Origin: Deinococcales bacterium
GTDB lineage: Bacteria > Deinococcota > Deinococci > Deinococcales > JAAFIG01
Length of the DNA: 64,000 bases
Assembly: GCA_043778225.1 (NCBI GenBank)
Contig: JAYWGM010000052.1
Span: 22,955 to 86,954, forward strand
Reading direction: 5' to 3'
Made by a program: the position numbers and the translations under genes. Positions 40,542 to 50,113 of this stretch are shown piece after piece. Within the stretch, counting starts at the first letter, position 1. The number at the start of each line of letters is the position of its first letter. The notes beneath the pieces were generated by a model. That model worked only from the letters and a program-made list of their open reading frames with translations, was not told the origin of the DNA and ran no database searches.

Positions 40542-41998
40542 CCCTACCTGAACTCTTGCACAACTTACCAACGGTCAATGCCCCAGCCCCTTTTGCCTCA
40601 GAGCTTGCGGCACAGGTTGCTTTGGCAGCGCAACTCGAGCAGCTATCCAATGCCCATCCGCCACCCAATTTTGCTGCCCAGACCGCCCGACGGATTGCCT
40701 CCGATGCGCTTCCGATGCTTTGGCTCGAAACCGTACAAGCCCCAGCCGATTTTGCGGCGCTTATGGCAGCCCAAATTGCCACCGAAGCCAACCCCTTGCG
40801 CTTCCTCGAGCCACAAACTGTACCACCTAAATTTGCGGCAGGCTTAGCAGCACAAATTGCCAATCCGTTAGTCAGTGCGCCCCAAGTGGCTGCGCCGCTT
40901 CACTTTGCAACTCGAGTCTCGAGAAAAATTGCTGAGGATGCTGCACTCAATAGCGAACACGACCGTACTCCATTGTATTTTTTAGGGACACTCTTGGCAG
41001 GTGTGGCGCTGGCTTTTGGCGCTTTGACTTGGACGGACACCCAAGCGGCTGGGGTGGCGCTTTTTGAAGTGCTGCGTTCACTGCCCGAAACATTGGTTTT
41101 GCCAGTTGCCTTGGTGGCATTGTTTGCGGTTGTGGCAACTGTGGCGCAGCGTGTGGTGCGTTTTCCAGCCGCCTTAGCCGCCTTTGCTGTGGCAGCTGTT
41201 TTTGCTGTACCGCAATTATCGGGTTGGTTTGGTAATACCCGCATCGAAGGCGCAGCCCAACTGGGTAGTGTGGTGCGTTTTGCTGGCGATATTACGGTGG
41301 TTGGCGAAGTACGCGGCGATGTGATTGCGATTGGCGGCAATGTGCGACTCGAGCGCGGCGCACGGGTTTCTGGTCGAATCCTGACTTTTTTGGGTGATGT
41401 CAATATCCCCCAAGGCACAAGTGCCAAAGCTGTCAGTGCGGTACTGGGCAATTTAAGTTCTGCCAGTCAGGACAAAACCCAAAAAAGCATTTCTTTGCAA
41501 GGGCTCGGTGTTGCCAGTGCTTTTCGACCAATTCACAACCTGATTGCTGCCAATACATGGCAATGGTGGTACTTGGGTTTACTGAGCGTTTTGGCACTGA
41601 TGCTGATGCTTTTACCAAAGTTGCAAAAAAGTCTCGAGCCATCTTTTTTTGCCGATGCCGGACGCTCGCTTGGCTTAGGCTTGCTGCTGGTTTTTCTGAC
41701 CGTTCCAGTCGTGGCGCTGGGCGGTTTAAGCGTACTTGGAACACCCATTGCTTTGCTGCTTGGTATTTTTACGGTGCTGGCATTCTCGAGTGGGGCGGCG
41801 ATTGCAATTGTGGCTTTTGGACAGCGCTTTTTTGGCAATCAGTTGTGGGTAGCCCTGCCGGGTTTACTAATTTTCGCTGCCACCATGTTGCTGCCACCTG
41901 TTGCCATCACCCTCTGGCTGTTGGCTGGTGCGTGGGGGGCTGGAGCGCTGCTCAGTGCGATTCGTCAAGGTGCGTTTATTCGGGCGGTGGCTGGATAA
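40538..41998 (+). CDS. Putative anti-sigma factor with bactofilin-like domain and multiple TM helices
   Basis: ATGA-coupled to ECF; repeated APxxFA motifs; GDITVVGEVRGDVIAIGGNVRL. Confidence 0.7.
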   Translation: MTLPELLHNLPTVNAPAPFASELAAQVALAAQLEQLSNAHPPPNFAAQTARRIASDALPMLWLETVQAPADFAALMAAQIATEANPLRFLEPQTVPPKFAAGLAAQIANPLVSAPQVAAPLHFATRVSRKIAEDAALNSEHDRTPLYFLGTLLAGVALAFGALTWTDTQAAGVALFEVLRSLPETLVLPVALVALFAVVATVAQRVVRFPAALAAFAVAAVFAVPQLSGWFGNTRIEGAAQLGSVVRFAGDITVVGEVRGDVIAIGGNVRLERGARVSGRILTFLGDVNIPQGTSAKAVSAVLGNLSSASQDKTQKSISLQGLGVASAFRPIHNLIAANTWQWWYLGLLSVLALMLMLLPKLQKSLEPSFFADAGRSLGLGLLLVFLTVPVVALGGLSVLGTPIALLLGIFTVLAFSSGAAIAIVAFGQRFFGNQLWVALPGLLIFAATMLLPPVAITLWLLAGAWGAGALLSAIRQGAFIRAVAG

Positions 41999-43222
41999 TT
42001 ATCTGAGAAGTTCAAGGGCTTTCTCGAGAACCGCATCTTTGCCCGTTAAACTTTGCAACTCGAGGTCGTCTGTAATCAACAAGTCTGGTGTGACAAAAGC
42101 AGGCAGATAGCCACCGCTTAACCGCAAACTCCTCGAGATGGTGATAAAAATGGCACTGCCATCTTGCAGTTCAAACGGAATCGTGGCAGTGTTACCCAAT
42201 CCGCCACTGACCTCGCCAAGCACGACGGCACGTTTTTGGTCTTGTAGCAACTGGGCAAAGTATTCTGCTCCGCTGTACGAATTTTTATTGACCAGCACAA
42301 TAATTTTACCCTTATACAAAAATGGTTGCGGAATAATGTTCAGGCGCAAACCAGCAATTTGCACCACGCCTTTTTCGATGGTTTGCTGATTACTGCCATC
42401 ACGGGTCTCAAGGATAAAACCACTTTTCTCGAGGAACGCGCCAACCGCTCCAATCATTTCGGTGGCAAGCCCGCCGGGGTTATCGCGGACATCTATAATT
42501 AAGTTGCTCGGTAAGTTCTTTTGCTGTTTCAAAAGCCCATGCACGGTGCTTGCTACCGCGCCACTGACATCAAAAATTGGTAAACGCAAATAGCCCACTT
42601 TGGGACTGAGGGCTTGATAAGTTGGCAACGGTGAGCGCACACTCGAGCCACGCACCCGCACCCCCAATGGCATTCCAGCCCGACGGATATTGAGCAGCAC
42701 TTCGTTGCCCGTAGCAACTTCTTTGGACAAAGCGGCACGGAAATCTGCGCCCAATAGGCTCGAGCTTTGATTATTAAAGCCCGCGATTCGGTCGCCGCGT
42801 TTTAAGCCAGCTTTGGCAGCCGCTGAACCCGCCCAGACATCGGCAATAATCCGATCAAAACTGTCTTTGGCATCGCTGGTGATAATGCCAAGTCGTGGAC
42901 TCGAGCCACCCAAACCACGGCTTTGCTGGATTTGCTGCTCGAATTGCTCAGGGGTTAGGTAATACGAATGCCCATCGTTTAAGGTCGCCATCATCTTTTG
43001 CAAAATTGGTACAGCACTCGAGTACGGGCAAGTCTCGAGTTGGTCTTTACAGGCTGTATCTAAATCGGCTTGAAATTGAGTGCCAAAAGAACTGCTATCG
43101 GCACTCGAGAAACCGTTGTAACGCACCGCAATAAAATAGGCGGCTTGATTAAAAAGGTCTTGGGCTGGGCTGGCAAAAGCACTCGAGGAAAAAAGCAGCA
43201 AGGCAATTAGGAAAGTTTTCAT
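41999..43222 (-). CDS. S41 (CtpA-like) PDZ peptidase
   Basis: DGHSYY, AGLKRGD, IDVRDNPGG, SYSGAE; start MKTFL. Confidence 0.9.
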   Translation of the reverse strand: MKTFLIALLLFSSSAFASPAQDLFNQAAYFIAVRYNGFSSADSSSFGTQFQADLDTACKDQLETCPYSSAVPILQKMMATLNDGHSYYLTPEQFEQQIQQSRGLGGSSPRLGIITSDAKDSFDRIIADVWAGSAAAKAGLKRGDRIAGFNNQSSSLLGADFRAALSKEVATGNEVLLNIRRAGMPLGVRVRGSSVRSPLPTYQALSPKVGYLRLPIFDVSGAVASTVHGLLKQQKNLPSNLIIDVRDNPGGLATEMIGAVGAFLEKSGFILETRDGSNQQTIEKGVVQIAGLRLNIIPQPFLYKGKIIVLVNKNSYSGAEYFAQLLQDQKRAVVLGEVSGGLGNTATIPFELQDGSAIFITISRSLRLSGGYLPAFVTPDLLITDDLELQSLTGKDAVLEKALELLR

Positions 43223-43300
43223 GCTTACCATTGTGCCAAAAAATTCTGACAAAAACGTGACTCCCAAATTTTGGGATAGAGAAATATCATCGTCATAACA

Positions 43301-43454
43301 GGACAGACACAGGCGACCATGCCCGACAGGTGCGTGTTTATGGTCAAGAGGGGTCTGTCCCTACAAAAAGGGCATGAAAATTTATTTTGTAGGGGCGAGC
43401 GACCATGCCTGTAAGGTGCGCGTATATGGTCAAGAGAACCCCCGTGTTCGCCCT
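43301..43454. mobile_element. Pair of GTAG-REPs, each interrupted by a 38-bp mini-element (43313-43350 and 43399-43436)
   Basis: GGACAGACACAG[38 bp]GGGTCTGTCCCTAC and GTAGGGGCGA[38 bp]AACCCCCGTGTTCGCCCT. Confidence 0.75.
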
Positions 43455-43533
43455 GTTTTTCTAAATTCAATGATACATCCTAGAATCTGGACTTTTCGGA
43501 GGCTCTATATTTTGGAAGCCACCCGCCAAAAAA

Positions 43534-44730
43534 CTACTTGGCTGTGCCGATGTCAAAGGTATAACGAATCGATTTTTCGCTAAAGACCACCAATTTTGCG
43601 GCTGCCACACCATCAGGGACTTCAAATAAATAGCGCACCTTGGATTCTTGCCCTGCGGTCAGTTCGCCGTCGCCATTTTCGTTGCGGGCAAACTTTAAGA
43701 AGTTTGAACCACACGCCCCCGCTGTTTGGCGCTCGTTTTCGGCATCGGTAAACTCGAGCGTAAACCCATCTGCACCGCACATCCCAAAACGTGCTTTTGG
43801 CGCACCCAGAGGCATTGAATTTTTGATCGTCAAGGTCAGGCGCACAAAACGCCGTCCGTTTTTAGGGCGCACATCGCCAGCCTCGAGTGTACTGATTTGG
43901 GCGCTCTCGAGCTTAAAATCGTTTAGCCCCATCGGATAAAATACGCCAAGCTGCGCCGTAATTTCCTCGAGTGCCTTAAAACCATTGCTGTCTGCCGCAA
44001 ACGGGGCTGGCAGTCCTTTAATTTTACCTGTCAGGTCGTAACGCACCACCCCGGCTGTGCGTTCACGGTTGCGTTCAACCACCAATTTTGGCACACTGAC
44101 ATCGTTTGGCACAACAAAAACCGTGTAGACATCCAAGCGCTGCCCTGGTTTTAGTGGTGTTCTGACGGGCGTAAAATCGTTGTCTCGAGCAATCGCTAAC
44201 TCACCACCCGCCCAAGCTGGTGTGACCGAAACATTACTCGAGTCTACGGTGGTAAAAATAAAACTGGCATTATCTAAAGCCACATCTTTGTTCTGTTGCG
44301 GATTTTGTGCTGTAAAGCGCATGATTAACAATTTTTGCTTGGCGTTAGATTGCCAAACTTCACGCCCAATCGCAATTCTGCCAACCGCATACTCGAGACT
44401 TCGCAAAGTAAAATTCAGTGGGCTTTCTTTGCCCAGCGTCACGGCTTGCCCAAACACGCCCACGCCGCCTGCAAGTTGTTGCGTTCCAGCCGCGCCAGTG
44501 CTTGGTGCAACTGCTCCTGCTCGAGACAGTGCCAAGGTATTGCCCGAGGTTGTGACATTGACCCCAAAGGATTTTAGGACACTGACAGGCACATAGCTTT
44601 TACCAGCCACGACAATCGCTTTTTCGCCACTGACCGCACCATTGATGGTGATAAACAAACTGCGCTGCACCGCTTGGGCAATTGCCAAGCCACCGAGTAA
44701 AACCGCACCAGCAATCAGGATTTTTCGCAT
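43534..44730 (-). CDS. Secreted hypothetical protein with beta-sandwich (DUF4352-like) domains
   Basis: Signal peptide; duplicated xFxVP motifs. Confidence 0.6.
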   Translation of the reverse strand: MRKILIAGAVLLGGLAIAQAVQRSLFITINGAVSGEKAIVVAGKSYVPVSVLKSFGVNVTTSGNTLALSRAGAVAPSTGAAGTQQLAGGVGVFGQAVTLGKESPLNFTLRSLEYAVGRIAIGREVWQSNAKQKLLIMRFTAQNPQQNKDVALDNASFIFTTVDSSNVSVTPAWAGGELAIARDNDFTPVRTPLKPGQRLDVYTVFVVPNDVSVPKLVVERNRERTAGVVRYDLTGKIKGLPAPFAADSNGFKALEEITAQLGVFYPMGLNDFKLESAQISTLEAGDVRPKNGRRFVRLTLTIKNSMPLGAPKARFGMCGADGFTLEFTDAENERQTAGACGSNFLKFARNENGDGELTAGQESKVRYLFEVPDGVAAAKLVVFSEKSIRYTFDIGTAK

Positions 44731-44787
44731 AGGTTATCAGCATAGACCAAAAATCAAAACTTGCGTCGTTAAGTTCTATAAAAAGTC

Positions 44788-45555
44788 TCAGGAACGTCTT
44801 TTTTTCTTCTTTGGTAAGGTCAGACCCCACTCGAGAATTTGCTTTTCGGATACGCCAAGCTCGAGCAGCAAAACTGCATCATCTGGGCGCAAACCATTTG
44901 GAATCAGGTCTGGGCGGCGCTCGAGGGTGCGGCGCAGTGCCTCGAGCCGCCGCCACTTAGCAATGGCAGCATGGTTGCCACCACGCAGGATGTTCGGCAC
45001 AGCCATGCCCTGCCACTCAAGCGGACGGGTGTATTCTGGGTAATCCAAAATGCCACTCGAGAAACTGTCCTCGAGATGCGAAGCCGCATCGCCCAACACA
45101 TCTGGAATCAGCCTTGCCACCGCCTCGAGTAAGCAGACGGCGGCAGCCTCGCCGCCCATCATCACAAAGTCACCAAGGCTGATTTCTCGAGTGACTAAAC
45201 CCTCGACCCTCGCGTCAAAGCCCTCGTAGCGCCCACAAAGAATTGCCAAATGTTGCTTGGTGGATAATTCCTCTGCCATTTTTTGGTCAAAACGCTGCCC
45301 GGCTGGCGAGAGCAGAATAATTTCATCGGCTTGGATGTTCTCGAGTGCCTTAGCGATGATGTCCACCCGCAGTACCATTCCCGCCCCGCCGCCATACGGC
45401 GAGTCGTCTACGGTGCGGTGCTTATCGGTGGTGGCGTTGCGAATATCGAGAATTTCGACCTCGAGTAAACCTTTTTGGATGGCTTTACCGATGATTGCTT
45501 CGGTTGTCCACGGCTCGAGCAAGGCTGGGAAAAGTGTCAGGAGGCTAAATTTCAC
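44788..45555 (-). CDS. trmD: tRNA (guanine37-N1)-methyltransferase
   Basis: [34 protein letters not shown]. Confidence 0.96.
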   Translation of the reverse strand: MKFSLLTLFPALLEPWTTEAIIGKAIQKGLLEVEILDIRNATTDKHRTVDDSPYGGGAGMVLRVDIIAKALENIQADEIILLSPAGQRFDQKMAEELSTKQHLAILCGRYEGFDARVEGLVTREISLGDFVMMGGEAAAVCLLEAVARLIPDVLGDAASHLEDSFSSGILDYPEYTRPLEWQGMAVPNILRGGNHAAIAKWRRLEALRRTLERRPDLIPNGLRPDDAVLLLELGVSEKQILEWGLTLPKKKKRRS

Positions 45556-45878
45556 ACCGAGTTTTTATCCATCGTTTGAATTAAGGTTTTTGAGCGCACT
45601 TCAAAGTGATGCAAAAGCATTTCAAACTGATGCTCGAGGCTTTCGCGGCTTGGATGCTCAAGTGGTAAACGGCGCAATTTTTGGGACACGGCTTTGAATT
45701 CTTTACTCCATACATTCATTTCATCAATCACAAAATTAAGCTCTGGACTGAGTAAAGAATGAATTGGCAGTTCAACTTTTTTTCTTGCCGCGCTCGGCTT
45801 CTTCGGCATACTTTTGACGCTTGGCTTTTTGCCGCGATTGGGGTAATTGCTTTTCCCTGCGTCTGCTTTGAGTTGCAT
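45552..45878 (-). CDS. Hypothetical protein
   Basis: Stop overlaps trmD start (GTGA). Confidence 0.5.
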   Translation of the reverse strand: MQLKADAGKSNYPNRGKKPSVKSMPKKPSAARKKVELPIHSLLSPELNFVIDEMNVWSKEFKAVSQKLRRLPLEHPSRESLEHQFEMLLHHFEVRSKTLIQTMDKNSV

Positions 45879-45908
45879 AATTTTTCGCCTCTGCTTTCCA
45901 GAATTCTT

Positions 45909-46094
45909 TCACTGGATTTTTCTTTGACTCAAGCTCATGATGCTGCCAATTGTTGCTAAAGTAAGGCTAATCCCGAGTGTTTCTGTCGTTGAAAAGGCAT
46001 TTTTGAGGAAAAATAAATTGCTAATCACAATAGCAGTAACACAAGAAATGAAGCCTACTCCCCAAATCGTAATTACCTTAAAAAATTGCCTCAT
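45909..46094 (-). CDS. Small two-TM hypothetical protein
   Basis: Two hydrophobic segments, AT-rich. Confidence 0.45.
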   Translation of the reverse strand: MRQFFKVITIWGVGFISCVTAIVISNLFFLKNAFSTTETLGISLTLATIGSIMSLSQRKIQ

Positions 46095-46098
46095 CTTC

Positions 46099-46323
46099 TT
46101 ACAACCTAGTCCACAAAAGTTCTTCGTGTCGTTCTATCCAACCGAGTTCATCACTTGCATACGCACCCACGAAACTCGGAATTATAAATCCCTTGGCGTT
46201 GCGTCGCACAGGCTGACGCAAAAAAACGTTCAGCGCATCCTCGAAAATGCGTTCTTTACTGACACCTTGCTCGAGGGCAGCTTTTTCAAGTCTTATCTCT
46301 AAATTTTCTGATACCTGAATCAT
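46099..46323 (-). CDS. Putative RHH/VapB-like antitoxin (orphan)
   Basis: RLEKAALEQGVSKERIFEDAL RHH-like; tail SFVGAYAS...ERHEELLW; TAGACT 6 nt upstream. Confidence 0.6.
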   Translation of the reverse strand: MIQVSENLEIRLEKAALEQGVSKERIFEDALNVFLRQPVRRNAKGFIIPSFVGAYASDELGWIERHEELLWTRL

Positions 46324-46340
46324 GACTTTAGTCTAGCGCA

Positions 46341-46901
46341 TTAAATTGCATCAAACAAACCGCTAATTGGTTCAATTTCAATATATCCCTCGAGAATCCG
46401 AACATACGGCGCTTGGAGCGGTACAAGCACCTCTTTATTTTGATAACTGACCACCAGAATATCGCTTGTGCCAGCATCCATCATGCTTTTAAGCACCCCG
46501 AGGCTCGAGCCATCTGGGGCTTGCACGGGCAGCCCAATCAGGTCGTGGTAAAAATGTACGCCTTCGGGCAGTTTAAGCGCAGTTTTCTCGGCAAAAAGCT
46601 CGAGTCCGCGCAGTTCGTCGGTCAGGTGGCGCTGGTTAAAGCCTGCGATTTTCAGAATCGCAATATCGTTGTAAATCTCGAGTTTCCGCACCGCCACCCA
46701 GCCGTGATGCTCGAGCCAGACTTTTTTGAGTCCACGCAGATGCTCGGCTTCGCCACTGCTGCGAAGTTTCATCGCACCATCTTTACCAAAGGGCTGGGTA
46801 AAATGTCCAAGGCTGATTAAGCCCTCGGGCATCTCGAGACTTGGCTCATTTGGTGTGACCAGAGGCTCACTCATACTCGGTACGACCAGAGGCTCACTCA
46901 T
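46341..46901 (-). CDS. rimM: 16S rRNA processing protein RimM
   Basis: LPEGVHFYHDLIGL, DAGTSDIL, VLVP; position between khpA and trmD. Confidence 0.9.
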   Translation of the reverse strand: MSEPLVVPSMSEPLVTPNEPSLEMPEGLISLGHFTQPFGKDGAMKLRSSGEAEHLRGLKKVWLEHHGWVAVRKLEIYNDIAILKIAGFNQRHLTDELRGLELFAEKTALKLPEGVHFYHDLIGLPVQAPDGSSLGVLKSMMDAGTSDILVVSYQNKEVLVPLQAPYVRILEGYIEIEPISGLFDAI

Positions 46902-46907
46902 GCTCGG
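46857..46907 (-). repeat. 27-bp tandem duplication of the rimM start
   Basis: GACCAGAGGCTCACTCATRCTCGG x2, giving MSEPLVVPS-MSEPLVTP. Confidence 0.85.
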
Positions 46908-47136
46908 GTTTGCTCGATGCGCCAGCCACATCCACTTGGACGCGCTCTCGAGGTCCTGCGGCGGCTCTGGCAATCGTGCGGATGGCTTGGATGACCCGCC
47001 CCTGTCTGCCAATCACCCGCCCTTCTTCGCCTTGGGCGCAGTGAATGATGTAATTATCGCCGTTGGCTTCGACCCGCACGGCTTGGGCATCGTCCACGAC
47101 TTTACTGGCAAGGTAGGCTACAAGTTCTTTGGTCAT
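46894..47136 (-). CDS. khpA: KH-domain RNA-binding protein
   Basis: GRVIGRQGRVIQAIRT. Confidence 0.92.
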   Translation of the reverse strand: MTKELVAYLASKVVDDAQAVRVEANGDNYIIHCAQGEEGRVIGRQGRVIQAIRTIARAAAGPRERVQVDVAGASSKPEHE

Positions 47137-47244
47137 GAGCAGAGTTTATCATGTAAAGGTCAGTCAACTCGAGTCTATTGTGCCGCTTGAGCTACCAGCT
47201 TAAAAAAACACAAAAAAACCCCGTGCAGCACGTGCTGCAATTGC

Positions 47245-47289
47245 TTGACCTGAAGCTGATTTTGGGGTATGATTCTGTGTTGGGCAAAA
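47245..47289 (+). promoter_or_regulatory. gyrB promoter with overlapping RDRM-like operator
   Basis: TTGACC-17 nt-TATGAT; TTCTGTGTTGGGCAAAA at 47273-47289. Confidence 0.5.
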
Positions 47290-47328
47290 TGCACTTCACC
47301 AGAGCAATCAAGAAACCTAAGGAGAAAG

Positions 47329-49359
47329 ATGTTAGACGATACCAACTTAAACCCAGAAGATTTGAAGCCATTGACCGAATCCGAACCAGAAGCCATTCCG
47401 CTGACCGAAGCCGAATTGCTCGAGGGCGCAGAGAATTACACCGCTGATAACATCAAAGTCTTAAAAGGACTCGATGGTGTCCGCAAACGCCCCGGAATGT
47501 ACTTGCAGGGTGGCACTGGCATAGATGGTTTTCATCAGTTGCTCTCGGAAATCATAGACAACGCCATCGATGAAGTTCAAGCTAAATTTGCTGATACCGT
47601 CAGCGTTACGATTCACCAAGACGAATCCGTAACCATCACCGATAACGGACGTGGCTTCCCAGTGGATGCAATGGCTTCCGAAGGCGGTCGTCCAGCCGTT
47701 GAAGTCACCTTCACCGACCTACACGCAGGTGGTAAATTCGACGATGGGGCTTATAAAGTCTCGGGCGGTTTACACGGCGTTGGTGCAAAAGTGGTCAATG
47801 CACTTTCGTTGTTTTTGCGGGTGGATATTCGTAAAGGTAAAGACTTGTACCGCATCATGTTTGAAAGTGGCGTTTTAACCGAGCCACTGCATATTATTGG
47901 GGTCAATGAGGCTGGGCGCAATGGCTCGAGTGTCAGCTTTAAGCCCGACCCTGTGGTCTTTAAGGACATCACGCCGCACTGGGATTACTCGAGAATCCGC
48001 CGCCGTTTGCGCGAATTGTCGTTCTTGGTCGGTGGCACAACCATTATTTTGACCGATGAGCGCGAAGCCCACCGCAAAACCGAAACTTTTTTTGAAAAAG
48101 GTGGCGTGGCGGCTTATGCAAAAAGTTTAGTTGGCGACGACAAACTGCTTTACGAAGTCCCGATTTTATTGAGTGGTATTTTTGACGAAATCAAAGTCGA
48201 AGTCGGCATGGTGCATAGTTCGGCATACAACTATAATTTGCTGGCGTATGCCAATATGATTACCAACCGTGACCATGGCACACACATGACTGGTTTTAGA
48301 ACTGCCTATACCCGAATCCTCAATAAGTACCTCAAAGACAAAAATATCCTCAAGCAAGGCGCAGTCGAACCGATTGGCGACGATTGGCTCGAAGGCTTAA
48401 ATGTGGTGGTCAGTGTCCAACTTGGCGACCCACAATTTGAATCCAACGCCAAAGTAAAGTTGCTCAATCCCGAAGCCCAAATGGCGGTCAGCCGTGTGGT
48501 CTCGGATAAACTGGCAGAATTTTTGGAGGCAAACCCCAAAGTCGGTAAAGTGATTGCCGAAAAAGCCGCCGATGCGGCTCGCGCTCGAGATGCGGCTCGT
48601 AAAGCCAAAGACTTGGTGCGCCGCCAGAACCCGCTCGAGTCCGACGACTTGCCGGGCAAATTATCCGACTGCCAAAGCTCTGACCCTGCCGAATCCGAAT
48701 TGCTGCTGGTCGAGGGGAACTCGGCAGGTGGCACAGCCAAGGGCGCTCGAGATAAGAAATTCCAAGCTGTACTGCCACTGCGCGGTAAGGTCTTGAACGT
48801 CGAAAAAGCCCAAATTACGCAAATCCTTAAAAACACCGAAATTCGCAGCATGATTGCCGCGATTGGCGCAGGTGTTCAAGGCACGGGCGATAACGCGCAC
48901 TTTGACCTTGCCAATGTTCGTTACCACCGCATTGTGATTATGACCGATGCCGATGTGGACGGCAGCCATATTTCTGTGCTGCTGATGACTTTCTTTTACC
49001 GCTTCTTGCGCCCAATCATCGAGGCGGGTTACTTGTACATTGCCCAGCCACCACTTTACAGATTGTCGGTCGGTCGCAAAGGCGAGTATATTTTTAACGA
49101 AGGCGCACTGAAAAAGCGACTCGAGGAACTGAGCGATAAAAGCAACATTTCGATTCAACGCTACAAAGGTTTAGGCGAAATGAACGCCGAACAACTCTGG
49201 GAAACCACGCTTGACCCAGCCACCCGCACCATGAAACTGGTCACCATTCCCGATGCACTCGAGGCAAACGAATGCTTTAAGGATTTGATGGGGCAAGAAG
49301 TTGCACCGCGCAGGTTGTTCATCGAAGAAAACGCCGTTTTTGCCAAGGTTGACATCTAA
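47329..49359 (+). CDS. gyrB: DNA gyrase subunit B
   Basis: [48 protein letters not shown]. Confidence 0.92.
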   Translation: MLDDTNLNPEDLKPLTESEPEAIPLTEAELLEGAENYTADNIKVLKGLDGVRKRPGMYLQGGTGIDGFHQLLSEIIDNAIDEVQAKFADTVSVTIHQDESVTITDNGRGFPVDAMASEGGRPAVEVTFTDLHAGGKFDDGAYKVSGGLHGVGAKVVNALSLFLRVDIRKGKDLYRIMFESGVLTEPLHIIGVNEAGRNGSSVSFKPDPVVFKDITPHWDYSRIRRRLRELSFLVGGTTIILTDEREAHRKTETFFEKGGVAAYAKSLVGDDKLLYEVPILLSGIFDEIKVEVGMVHSSAYNYNLLAYANMITNRDHGTHMTGFRTAYTRILNKYLKDKNILKQGAVEPIGDDWLEGLNVVVSVQLGDPQFESNAKVKLLNPEAQMAVSRVVSDKLAEFLEANPKVGKVIAEKAADAARARDAARKAKDLVRRQNPLESDDLPGKLSDCQSSDPAESELLLVEGNSAGGTAKGARDKKFQAVLPLRGKVLNVEKAQITQILKNTEIRSMIAAIGAGVQGTGDNAHFDLANVRYHRIVIMTDADVDGSHISVLLMTFFYRFLRPIIEAGYLYIAQPPLYRLSVGRKGEYIFNEGALKKRLEELSDKSNISIQRYKGLGEMNAEQLWETTLDPATRTMKLVTIPDALEANECFKDLMGQEVAPRRLFIEENAVFAKVDI

Positions 49360-49360
49360 A

Positions 49361-50014
49361 ATGTTAAAGCTATTCAGGACAAATCGGGGTGTGGGAGCAA
49401 TTGCCGCGCCCCTTGTTATTTTCGGAATTATTTCGGCACTCGTCGGTTTATCTTTGGTTGCCCATCGAGGTAGTGGTAACTTGCCAGTGCTAAAAGACGG
49501 TGATGTTATTTGGACAAGATACGCTTCTGAATATCAGCGTGGTCAATTTATAATGTTCTATACGAATAGACTCATGTCTGATGGTAGCCGAGCGCGTTAC
49601 ATTAAACGACTGATTGGACTTCCTGGCGATCAAATTTCCATGTCCAAAGGCAGAATCACACTCAATGGCAGATTGCTCGAGGAAGAACACACCATTCCAT
49701 ACTGGAAAAAGAATCAATCTTTTGACGATTGCTCTTACCTAGCCAACAGCGATTTTTGGTTTTTCCAACCAGAAAATCCATTGCGTCCAGAAAGTCCGTG
49801 TGGTGCGTCAATCCAAAAAAATTATAAGCCCAAACCTTTAACACTTGGAAAAAACGAATACTTTGTTATTGGCGATAATCGCAGCCCCGGCGGAAGCGAG
49901 GATTCTCGAGCTTTTGGAGCAATCAAACGTGATGATATTATTGGTATTGTCTGGTTTAGAGGCTTTCCACCAAAGAAGCTAGAGATTCCAGAAGAATTCA
50001 GTTTGATTAAATGA
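49361..50014 (+). CDS. Signal peptidase I homolog (catalytic Ser position degenerate)
   Basis: YIKRLIGLPGD, GDNR...SEDSR; box B reads GSGNLPVL. Confidence 0.82.
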   Translation: MLKLFRTNRGVGAIAAPLVIFGIISALVGLSLVAHRGSGNLPVLKDGDVIWTRYASEYQRGQFIMFYTNRLMSDGSRARYIKRLIGLPGDQISMSKGRITLNGRLLEEEHTIPYWKKNQSFDDCSYLANSDFWFFQPENPLRPESPCGASIQKNYKPKPLTLGKNEYFVIGDNRSPGGSEDSRAFGAIKRDDIIGIVWFRGFPPKKLEIPEEFSLIK

Positions 50015-50113
50015 GAATAATGTTTCAAGAAAATACCCAACTCTGGTCGTTGGGTGTTTTTTATGGCTTACTTGAGAGTATTACTGGGCGTTTTTTGTGG
50101 TAAAAATAAAAGC

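Noticed and set aside
43313..43436. Repeat-spacer-repeat mini-CRISPR
   Set aside because: The 48-nt 'spacer' is made of REP halves and the two repeats differ at 5 positions
46902..47012. Long N-terminus of RimM
   Set aside because: Alternative frame inside khpA; the true start is 46901 or 46874
48709..48732. EGNSAGG instead of EGDSAGG in GyrB as inactivation
   Set aside because: Catalytic Glu and DxD are intact; I recall this variant in Deinococcus GyrB
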